64,000 nt of DNA from NCBI RefSeq assembly GCF_037042905.1, contig NC_087245.1, forward strand, positions 43,030,001 through 43,094,000, read 5' to 3'. The stretch comes from Lytechinus pictus. Its lineage: Eukaryota. This document shows positions 1 to 10,883 of the stretch, piece by piece; the first letter of the stretch is position 1; every line of letters begins with the position of its first letter. Under the pieces are notes generated by a model. It was given only the letters and a program-made list of their open reading frames with translations. It had not been told where the DNA came from and made no database searches. A program made the position numbers and the translations under genes.

Positions 1-299
1 AATCAAAAATCTATTCATTAAATGAATCTATAACTTGTCAAAACAAAGAGTTTTTCTATTCAAAATGAATAGGTTAACTATTCAGTCGATTGATTCGATG
101 AACTATTCATTAATTAACAGTATACTAGTCAAAAACTGATGAGTTTTCGATTCAAATTTTGACTAGATTTCGGTCTAATTTTTTTGACAAGATTTTTCTA
201 TTCATTTTGAATAGAATCTGGTAAGTGTCCCTCGGATGAGTTTTTCGATTCAAATTTGAATAGATTCTATTCACATTTGAATAGTTTGTTATGAGAGTG
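1..299. mobile_element. Right terminus of a CACTA/EnSpm-type element extending left of the window
   Basis: Ends ...ATGAGAGTG|TA (reverse complement CACTCTCAT). Multiple subterminal motifs of the (AA)CTATTCA...TGAATAG type, the same motif family as the terminus at 53457. Confidence 0.7.
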
Positions 300-559
300 T
301 ACATTAGGCTAGCTATGCCTTTAAAATACACCATTTTGGTCACTTGTCGGATCAGAAAAGTTCCTGTAATTAGGATGACAATTAAGTTTTGAACTGGTTT
401 CTCATTTTTACATCCCAGATCTGTGACAAAGTTACAGTGTCTGTTAAAGTTTATACGACATATTATTGGAATTTAACAAAAGCATTAATTATAAGCCTAT
501 GCCGTTAAAATACACCCTTTCAGTAATTTGAGAAAAGTTAGGCTGTAATAGCTTGGCCA

Positions 560-571
560 TTCCCGCCAAAA
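560..571. promoter_or_regulatory. Candidate E2F site in the putative promoter of EnSpm element 1
   Basis: TTCCCGCCAAAA (= TTTTGGCGGGAA) in a CpG-containing patch. A good donor AG|GTAAGA follows at 730/731, suggesting a non-coding first exon. Confidence 0.4.
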
Positions 572-2580
572 CGCGTGCCCTAACTACCAGTAACTGCTCG
601 ATATTCAGTGCACGCAGACTAGACGTGCTAGCGCTATAGTGCAGTGCATTGCGCAATGCATATGCATGCAGCGCAAGCCATGCATAGCTCTCGAGTACCA
701 GTCGGACATCATCAAGGGCTACAAAAGTTAGGTAAGAAATATCAAGTTTATTGTGCAGACTTTCTGTTTATGGCTGATGTAGTGTGTTGAACTCTGATAA
801 AGTTGAAGGTGTAGATTATTTTAGATAGACATTCATCAAGTACCGGTATGTTACTGAGTGTTAAAACGAGTCTATAACTAAGAGTAAGAGTAAGAGTACT
901 GCCTGGATCGAACTTAGTTAGACTTAGAACTTAGACTTGGAAGTTCAGGCGCTTGTTGTGACCATACTTTCTCCCGCGTGACTCCGGCGTGGAGATACCC
1001 TACTATAACATACCAAAAATCAACTAAATCTTTAAAAATTGTTGCAGTAATGGTCATGATTTTTTTTTTTTTTTTTTTTGGGGGGGGGGGTGATTTTTCC
1101 TAAAACAAAGAAATTAGTAGATCTAGACCCCTAGATATTGCTAGAACTTAGAAGTCTATAGAGTCTACACTTTCACACAAGTTTCACAGCAAACCGCTGC
1201 ACATTATAAGGACTGCAGTAGCGGATCCGGGGGGGCTATCACAGCCGCGGCCCCCCTATTGGTACGCGCAGGCGCCAACAAAACAAAAGAGAAGGAAAAT
1301 AAGAGGAAGAGAAGAAAAGGAGAAGAGAAAAGAATGAAGAGAAAGAGAAAAGAATTAGAAGAGAGAAGCAGGGTGAGAAAGGGAGAACGACAAGGAAATG
1401 GCACTAAGTAGTAAGTGACAGTAACCACGAATAAGGGAAAAACTGAAATGGGGGGGGGGGGGGTGACAGACCGTATTCTAATTTTGAGGTTGTGCAAAAC
1501 TGAGTGGGAATTCAGCTTATTTTCAAAAATTCTAAGCATGCTTGTTCATAATGTTACGCCGTAGTGCCTGAAATGGTTAGTGTCAAACCACTTCTGAAAA
1601 GGCCTGCCCGCCCCCTCCAAAGAGCGGCAGAATGGTAATCAGGAAATTTTGGGGTCGATCCCAAAGGCTTGGGAGCTGTTATTGAAGAGGGTGCCGGCTT
1701 CAGCCCCACCCCCCCCCCCCCTGATGAAAATATCAAAATATTTTGCGAGCATAACTTAATAACGGAGAAAATCGTCTGCGCCATTTTTCAAATTTCAAAC
1801 CTGTCAGAAAGTGTATACTAATGTCTTTGATTTTCCTAATGCATCAAATATCAGATCAGTAGATAACTAATTTTCTAATCAGTTCGCATCATGTTGTGTG
1901 ATGCATTTATTTAAAAAAAAAATTATTTGTTTTTGCTTTTTCAGAATAAGGTATCAAAAGTAAATGGTGACAATGTTTTATTCATGTCTAGAGTCCTTTC
2001 TAGTGCTAAATTCATGGCAACCATTTGTATTGTAAACATTTGTGTCTTTTATAAACACCCCATAGTGCAAACTAATTATCAATCCGGTATGAGAGATTTG
2101 TCTTTTAGCCAGGGTAAACTCATACCCAAGATTGCAGTCTTAAATGCAGAATTGTCAAATGAGAGTGGTTTAGGATAGCTACCAGGAACGTATCTGAACA
2201 ACTAGCCCCAGGACAGCCACCCCCAGACGATTAACATGTGGAAAGAACATGACTTGTTCCTTTTTATCAACAAGTTCGTCTCCCCCTTTTTTTTCTTCTT
2301 CTTTGCAGCATTTGGTGTCTCTCTGTACGTTGTTAACAGCGGGCCTGGCAGATTCCTACATCAATTCATCTTTAAACCCAAAGTGATTAGAAAGGTATGT
2401 CATGTATGTGATCAATGAAAGTCACTGGGGTAGAATTATTCTCATTAATTAGCTTATCAGACCAGGCTTTAATAAGTTCTAGTCTATCATGGCAGAAGAA
2501 ACTAACAGTAACATACATGTACATGTACATGTAAGTAGCAATCTAGATAGTCAACGTAGTCATAGAAGGCAACAAGGAAG

Positions 2581-5238
2581 GTGCAAAATTTGTGGTTCAC
2601 CTTGTGCAAATATAAAAGCATACAGTACATAAAACACTGCCTAATTTACAAAAATGAGCATAATGTGCGTTTTCCATGTGCACAGCCCGGATGCCTAAAA
2701 ACGTGCGCTACATACAAAGGACTACTTACACATATGTCAAGAAAGCATGAGTGTAATCATTCAAAGCCTGGTCAAAGCCACAAACCATACATAGATGCTA
2801 GTATTTCTGTCAAATTTAGCTTGCAATTTTGTCAGAGTGAATGTGCTGATATTCAGGAGTTACTTGCACATTTGAGGAATCATATTGTCGATGGGATGTC
2901 TGTTCTTTGCCCATTTTCAAACTGTGAAAAGAAATTCAACAATAAGAAATAATTTTCTTCACACTTGTCAAGGTACCACAGAGATTACACTGCTTATTCT
3001 GTTAAGCCTGCATAAATTGTACAGGGAGATCAGCTTACTCCCAATGTTCATGTTGATTTCAGCGAAGTTGATAGTGATCCAACTGAAGAAAGTCACAATG
3101 ATGGTGAGGATTTTCAAGACGATACTGATAGTGGTGATAACATAGCTGAATACACAAGGAACATTGCATTATTTTTGTTGAAGCTACTTGCCAAGTATCT
3201 TGTTCCTGAATCAACTATCCAAACTATTGTAGAAGAGATGTATGGCTTATACAAGCTAAGCCGAGAATGTGCTGCAAATCATGTTAAGAAAACCCTACAA
3301 GATGCAAATATTTTGAATGAAGAACTGACAAAAGATATTTTGGATGGTGTTGCAGAACTAGGCTGTAGTTTAGCTCCTCTTGATGACTCAAACAAGTTTG
3401 TATCTCCACAGTGTTGTGTTCTGAGATCAACTTTTTTACGCAAAAATTACTTCAAAAGGAAGTTCTCGTATGTACATCCCATTGAAATCAATCTGGGAAG
3501 AGATTCATCTGGCAAATCATACTTCTTTCACTATGTGCCTATTCTTGAGACGTTGAAAGTAATCTGTCAGGACAAATCTGTGCAGAAACATTTTGTTTCC
3601 ACTAGGTTAGAAAAAGGTTTTGGTGACATTTGTGATGGACAGATATATCAGCAAAGTGCATTTTTCAAAGAAAACCAAGAAGCTTTCCAAATAATTTTGT
3701 ATCAGGATAGCTTTGAGATTGTAAATTCTCTTGGCTCAGCTAGAACTAAGCACAAAATACTTGCAGTGTACTATACACTTGGGAACATTGATGCCCGGTG
3801 TAGATCACAAGTAGATCAAATGCAGTTGGTTCTGTTGTGTAAAGAAAAGACGATCAAACAATTTGGACAAGAAGTATTATTTTCCAAGCTAGTTGGAGAC
3901 CTAAAAAAGTTAGAACAGGAAGGCATATCAGTCAATGGAAACCTTTTCAGGGGTTCATTATTGGCTATCTTAGGGGATAACCTAGGTGCTCATTTCATAG
4001 GAGGCTTTTGTGAAAGCTTTAATGCTGAGAACTATTGCAGATTCTGCCTTCGCACAAAGACACAAATTCGAGAAGAGCCTCCCTATGTAGAAGGAGAGTA
4101 TAGATCACCAGAATCATATGATCACTCTGTGCGTATCGCACAGGAAACTCAGACCAATTCACATGCAGGGGTCAAATTTGATTCAAGCTTCAATTCTCTG
4201 TCTTATTTTCATGTTGCAAGTCCTGGTTTACCTCCATGCCTTGCTCATGACATTTTTGAAGATGTACTGGACTATGATTTGGCAATGTTTATTCAGTATT
4301 TTGTTGACTCCAGATGGTTCACATTTGACTTGTTGAATGACGAATTGAAAAGGTTCCCATTCTCTACAAGTGATTCAAAGGATGTGATGCATTCAGTTAG
4401 GAAAGGCGAGAAAGTTGGTGGACAGGCAGTTGAGAACTGGTACTTTCTCCGTTTTTTCCCAATGATTGTCTTTTCATTTGTCAGTGATCCTGAAGACCCA
4501 GTTTGGGAGCTGATGCTGAAGTTGAAGAGCATAGTAGAGATTGTTGTGTCACCCATGATTGATCATTCTGAGCTAGCCTATCTCAAGGTACTTGTAGAGG
4601 AATATCTTGAAGACAGGCAAATGTTATTCCCAGATAAGAGGCTTAGGCCTAAGCACCATTTCTTAAGCCATTATCCTTGGCTCATATTGAAGTTTGGCCC
4701 TCTGACAAGAGTATGGACCCTTCGCTTTGAGAGTAAACATGTTTTTTTCAAAAGATGTGTACGTTACTCTTCAAACTTCAAAAATGTTACAGCAACATTA
4801 ACAGAAAGACATCAGTTAATGCAGGCATATTTCTGTGATGGGCAGTTGTTCCCAGAGAGTGTTAAGGCTGATAGAGGGACACAGTTTGACCCTTCTCTCT
4901 ATGCCAGCAATATTCAAAATGCTGTGCATTCTAGGCCCATTCTTCAGCGAAATTGTGAGGCATCAGATGAGGTGACTGTTTTTGGTACACGATACAGGAA
5001 AGGCATGTATGTTGTTGTGAAGCATGCAAAATCATGGACATTTGCATGCATACTCCTGGTTCTAGTATCTGGAGAAACTGTCAATTTTGTTGCAAGGCAG
5101 TGCCAGTCTACATACCATTACAAATATGGCCTATATGAAGTATACAGTGACAGCAACTCAAATGTAGTATGCATTGAATTCACAGATCTCGCAGATTATT
5201 TTCCTCTCACCGCATACAGAATCAGGGATCTGAAATGA
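2581..5238 (+). pseudogene. CACTA/EnSpm (CMC) transposase with N-terminal C2H2 fingers, inactivated
   Basis: One reading frame from 2581 to 5238, broken by in-frame TAA at 2950 and ~3013. C2H2 fingers (CAQPGC..HMSRKH; CPFSNC..HLSRYH across the stop). Core motifs LYQDSFEIVN, HKILAVY, GDNLGAH, CRFC, CLAHDIFE, PKHHFLSHYP, WTLRFESKH. Confidence 0.9.
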
Positions 5239-5394
5239 TCACCCTAAAAACAAGCCAATGTGTCAACAGTAATGTGCTAATAGGGCGCCCTTGATGTCTA
5301 GCTAAGTAGCATATTTTTTATGGAGCTCCGTTTTAAACTTTGAATTTTCGGCCAAAATTCTATTTTCTGCATCCTGAGACATAAATAACTGAAG

Positions 5395-6308
5395 ATGGGT
5401 AAAAGTGACAGACTTAAGAGACAACGCCAAGCAACTTCTGAGGAAAAAAGTGACGTCGAATCAGGAAAACGAACAATTCTGACAAGACTGCCACGCCCCG
5501 GGAAAAGGTACGTACTGCAAGTACGAACGATACAGATACGATGTTACGTAACATTTTATCGAGAAGGTGTCTGTTCTTGATGAGATTAAAACTGATATAA
5601 ATACCATATCAGAGAGAATGAGCAGAATTGAAACTAAGTTTGAGAGGATGGATACAAGGATTCAAGATGTGGAAAATGCGACAGAGTTTATGGAAAATGA
5701 AATGAGGGAAATGAAGGAAGAAATTCAAAACATTCAAGCAACAAAAGCGAGCTATGAATATGTTAATAAGCTGAGAAGAGATGTAGTAGATCTAGTCAAC
5801 CGTAGGAAGCAAAACAACGTGATCCTACATGGGATTCATGAAGGGGTAGAAGGCGCACCGAGCAATTGCATAACATTTGCACGTCATGCGTGACTTCTTC
5901 AGGCAGTATTTGCATATCAATGATGTTGAGATTGAACGTGCCCATCGAACCCCCGCCAGCGCCAGAGATCAGCGAAGCGAGAGACCGAGTCGACCACGCC
6001 CAATGCACGTTAAATTGCTCCGATACACAGATAGAGTGGCAATCTTGAAAGAAAGCGGCAAACTCAAAGCAGTTGAAATTCAGGGGTCACGTGTTGGAAT
6101 AAGCGATGATGTTCACATGGATACAAGAAACGAACACAAGAGGCTAATGATGAAAGTGAAAGATCTTCGATCACAAAATAAATTTGCATTCATCCCAAAC
6201 TCAGTACCACGTGTTATAAAGTATAAAGATGGCCCCAAAGATCTACCCGGCCCCCTTAAAACATTGAGGTTGGCCGATCTTGATAACGGCAATGTTAAAA
6301 CGGTCTGA
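5395..6308 (+). pseudogene. LINE ORF1p (coiled coil + L1-type RRM/CTD), frameshifted
   Basis: Heptad-like ERMSRIETKFERMDTRIQDVE, then NRRKQNNVILHGI, EIERAHR, RPRPMHVKLLRY and GISDD, split over several frames. Confidence 0.85.
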
Positions 6309-6660
6309 TAAAGTGTTTAGAGAAATAAACAATACGACTACGTCTCTCTTTTTATGTCATACGAATGTCTGTGCCGACAACTAATCTTTTACTGCCAGGA
6401 GCTCCCCTCCCTGCACTCCTTTTTGTTTTTTCCATCATGATAGGTAGACTTAAAGCGGTCGACCCTCTGACTTTTTTTTTACCCTTATTTTTTATGTGTC
6501 TGGTACGGGTAGTCCGGTTTTTAGGTTTTTGTTTTTTTGCCTATAAATCTAGGCCTGAAAGTAATTCACATTATATTTTACTTTTCATGTTTGTATTTGT
6601 GAAGATATCTCAATACTTAATTATACGGTTGTTATCAACACATAATAACCTATCAACGTT

Positions 6661-9600
6661 ATGAACGATTTTATAGATATAAAAATTTGCTCCCTGAATG
6701 TAAAGGGATTGAGAAACGATTTTAAGAGAAGGTGCATTTTCAACTGGATCAGGACTCTTGACTTTCATCTAATACTATTACAAGAAACCCACTCGACAAC
6801 GAGATCAGAGCGAAGATGGAAACACGAATGGGGATATAAAATATTATTTAATCACGGAACATCAGAAAGTGCCGGAGTGTGCATTCTCTTCAAACCATCT
6901 GCTTCATTTGACGTTGTAAACACTGTTAAAGACGACCACGGAAGAATACTACTTACGATATTAAAAATAAATGAAATGATGTTAACAGTTGGAAATATTT
7001 ACGGTCCAAACAACGACGACAGTTCTTTTTTCGAAGACTTACATTCTCTTATATTTGAACATTGTGAAGAACCCTATGTGTAAGCAGGAGATTTTAACAC
7101 GGTTTTGGAACCCACAAAAGATAAATTCCCCAAAGCTTTCCAAAACCATCCAAGATGTAAAAAGGTAATAATAGAAATAATTGATGATTTTGATTTACTG
7201 GACGTTTGGCGCCATACTCATCTACCAGACAAAAAATATACATGGATGTCAAAAGATATGAGATTCAGAAGTAGAATTGATTATTTCCTCATTTCTCAAA
7301 CCTTATCGTCTTCTGTTGTAACAAGTGACATTACCTATGGTTATAAATCAGATCATTCGTTGGTATCACTAGTTCTAATAAAATCAATTACCAAAAGGGG
7401 GCCAGGTTTCTGGAAATTGAATACCTCTCTTTTAGCTGATAATGATACTGTCAAGAAAATTAAAAAAGAAATTGTTTCAATTTTGAATGGAAATGATAAT
7501 CTTCACTCCTTCAACGCTGGGAATATTTTAAGTATAAAATAAAACAGAAGATAATACAAATCTCAAAACAAAAGAAAATGGAAGATCAGGAGAAAATGAA
7601 AAGTTTAGAAAAAGAAATCAATTATTTAAATGATATTATTCAAAGTTGTGTGGATAATGAATTAGCAAGCAAATTAGAAGAGAAAAAAAGAGAATTTGAA
7701 ATATTACATGAAAGTGTTGTACATGGGGCAATCGTGCGATCGAAAGTGAGATGGATCGCAGAGGGAGAGAAAAATACCAAATACTTTGCAAACTTAGAAA
7801 AAAGAAATTACCAACAGAAATGTATATTTCGGCTCCAAACAGATACAGGTATTATTTTTAATTCAAAAAATATTCTTGAAGAAGAAAGGACCTTTTATGC
7901 TAATTTGTATTCATCTCAAGAGAACATTCTGAATAGGAATATATCAATGAAAAACTTAAATATACCAACTGTAAATGAGAGTGACATAAATATGTTGGGA
8001 TCAATGATAACAGAGAAGGAGTGTTATGATTCGATTATGTCTTTTGCAAATGACAAGTCACCAGGGAGTGACGGGTTGCCAATTGAGTTCTACAAGACTT
8101 TTTGGAATGAAATAAATCCTTTACTATGTTTAGTTTTTAATGAAAGTTTTGAAAAAAATGTATTACCTCATTCAATGAGGAAAAGTATTATTACACTGTT
8201 GCCTAAAAAAGGGAACCATTTACTTTTACTGAAAAATTGGCGTCCAATCTCTTTATTAAATAGTGATTATAAGATTCTCGCAAAAATAATTTCTTTCCGA
8301 ATAAAAAAAGTAATATCACATAAATCTCATAAATCATGATCAATGTGGTTTTCTCAAAGGACGTTATATTGGCGAAAATATAAGACTTTTTATTGATATT
8401 CAAAATTATTGCAAAAAGCACAATGTTGGCGGTCTTGCACTCTGTATTGACTTTGAAAAAGCGTTCGATACAGTTGAGTGGTCTTTTATATACAAAACTA
8501 TAAGGAGGTTCGGTTTCAGTGAAAAATTTGTTCGTTGGGTTCAACTTCTTTATGTTGATATTAAAGGTTGTGTAATAAATAATGGCTATTCCTCAAATAT
8601 TTTTGAAATACACCGCGGAGTAAGACAAGGTTGTCCGCTCTCGCCATGTCTCTTTATTTTAGTTGTTGAAATTTTAGGTTGTTTAGTTCGAAAAAATCAA
8701 GAAATTCGTGGTTTAAAAATATATGATAATACTGAAATAAAAATAAGTCAATACGCAGACGACACAACCATTTACCTTGAACCCAACGAACAAAACTTAA
8801 GAAAATGCATATCTGTATTAAATACTTTTAAAGAAATGTCTGGATTGAAAGTCAATGTTGAAAAGTGTAATGTTATTCAACTTGGGAATTGTACGATGTA
8901 TTTATGCCAAGACATTTCTTTTCAATGGCCCGTAGATTATTTTTCTTATTTAGGCATAAAAATCCCATTAAGCGATAAACATAATTTTTTTGATTTAAAC
9001 TTTATACCAAAACTGGATGAGATCAAATCTCTGTTAAACATTTGGAATGGTAGATCTCTTACATTGTATGGAAAGATAGTAGTAATAAAAACATTGGTCA
9101 TTCCAAAACTAATATATCTTTTAAGCATTATTTCAGACCCACCACCGACCTTCTTTATCGAAATGCAACAGCAATTATTTAATTTTTTATGGAGTAAAAA
9201 AGGTGATAAAATTAAGCGTTCTCTTTTATACAATGACTACAAAGATGGTGGTCTAAAAATGTTACATTTGTCATGTTTTAATCAAGCACTTTAAGTATCA
9301 TGGGTCAAAAGATTTTTAGATGATGATAACAATGGGAAATGGAAGTGTTTTTTTAAAGAATCTGTTCGTTTCATTGGTGAGAGCAAATTTACGATTTGGA
9401 ATATTAGCAAAAATCATATATTATTCAATCCATGTACCGAAACTTTTTGGAATGATGTATTGAGTTCATGGTCATATTACAGATACTATAATCCTGTTAA
9501 GTTTAAGGAAATACTGTCGCAACCTCTGTGGTTCAATTCACACATTTTAGTTGATGGAAAACCTCTTTATATTCAAAGATGGTCAGAATCTTCTGTAAAC

Positions 9601-9754
9601 ACTATTTACGATTTTCTGACAGAAGATGGACTTTTTAAGTCTTTTGAAGTTATAGTTGAAAACTACGGTTACACATCCATTATGATGTATAATTCATTAT
9701 TATCTGCCATACCAAATGAATGGAAAAGAGTTATTAGAAAAAAATACATAAAAC
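6661..9754 (+). pseudogene. LINE ORF2p (APE endonuclease + reverse transcriptase), disrupted
   Basis: APE motifs: SLNVKGL, LQETH, NIYGPN, AGDFN, SRIDY, SDH. RT motifs: KSPGSDG, WRPISLLNSDYK, IDFEKAFD, GVRQGCPLSP, QYADD (~8750). Stops at 7081 and 9292; frameshifts near 7520 and 8320. Confidence 0.93.
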
Positions 9755-9780
9755 TACGGAAGCTTAAACGTGCAGCGCAA

Positions 9781-10737
9781 AGGCGAGTTGTTCAACTCGC
9801 CAAGGCGCCTTGTTTCGGCAAAAAAGGCGAGAAGGCGACTTGTACAAACTCGCCAAGGCGCCTTGTTTAAGACGAGAAGACGAGAAGGCGACTTGTACAA
9901 ACTCGCCTAAGCGCCTTGTCTAAGACGAGAAGGCGAGAAGGCGACTTGTACAAACTCGCGAAGACGCCTTGTTTAAGACGAGAAGACGAGAAGGCGACTT
10001 GTACAAACTCGCCTAGGCGCTTTGTCTGATAAGAGAAGGCGAGAAGGTGACTTGTACAAACTCGCCTAGGCGCTTTGTCTTTGATGAAAAGGCGTCTAGG
10101 CGACTTGTGCAAACTCGCCAAGGCGCCTTGTTTTAGACGAGAAGGCGAGAAGGCGACTTGTACAAACTCGCCTAGGCGCTTTGTCTTTGATGAGAAGGCG
10201 TCTATAGGCGACTTGTACAAACTCGCCAAGACGCCTTGTCTTAGACGAGAAGGTAATAAGGCGACTTGTACAAACTCGCCTAGGCGCTTTGTCTTTGATG
10301 AGAAGGCGTCTAGGCGACTTGTACAAACTCGCCAAGGCGCCTTGTTTAAGACGAGAAGGCGAGAAGGCGACTTGTACAAACTCGCCAAAACGCCTTGTTT
10401 GAGACGAGAAGGCGAGAAGGCGACTTGTACAAATTCGCCAAGGCGCCTTGTTTAGGACGAGAAGGCGAGAAGGCGACTTGTACAAACTCGCCAAGGCGCC
10501 TTGTTTAAGTCGAGAAGGCGAGAAACCGACTTGTGAAAGTCGCCAAGGCGCCTTGTTTAAGACGAGATGGCGAGAAGGCGACCGTGTACAAACTCGCCAA
10601 AGCGCCTTGTTTAAGACGAGAAGGCGACTTGTACAAACTCGCCAAGGCGCCTTGTTTAAGGCGAGAAGGCGAGAAAGCGACTTGTACAAACTTACCAAGG
10701 CGCTTTGTTTAAGAAGAGAAGGCGAGAAGGCGACTTG
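9781..10737 (+). repeat. Subterminal tandem array, ~53-bp unit, roughly 18 copies
   Basis: Unit AGGCGACTTGTACAAACTCGCCAAGGCGCCTTGTTTAAGACGAGAAGGCGAGA with internal dyads (GGCGA-TTGTACAA-TCGCC; AAGGCGCCTT). Confidence 0.95.
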
Positions 10738-10883
10738 CGCATATGGCCATGGCCGGCCGAGATCTAGACTTGCGCACGCGCGCTCGATCTCATCTGTAGG
10801 TACTGTACGTACATGGTCTAGAGATATAGGTAGTCTACATGTATATAGATCTAGATCTATAGGCCTACTACAAGTTAACGATC

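Larger units (their letters stand above)
5283..9754 (+). mobile_element. L1/Tx1-clade non-LTR retrotransposon, degraded, 3' part cut off by the insertion at 9755
   Basis: ORF1 plus APE-RT ORF2 layout. The 5' boundary is approximate. ORF2 reads IPNEWKRVIRKKYIK and then switches abruptly into TACGG and the 53-bp array. Confidence 0.9.

Noticed and set aside
2173..2394. Possible accessory-gene exon(s) of EnSpm element 1 ending at AAG|GTATGT
   Set aside because: No clean frame could be reconstructed; too degraded to call.
9781..10737. CRISPR-like array of palindromic repeats
   Set aside because: No unique spacers, no cas genes and a eukaryotic context; the inverted copy at 46.7 kb identifies it as a transposon subterminal repeat.
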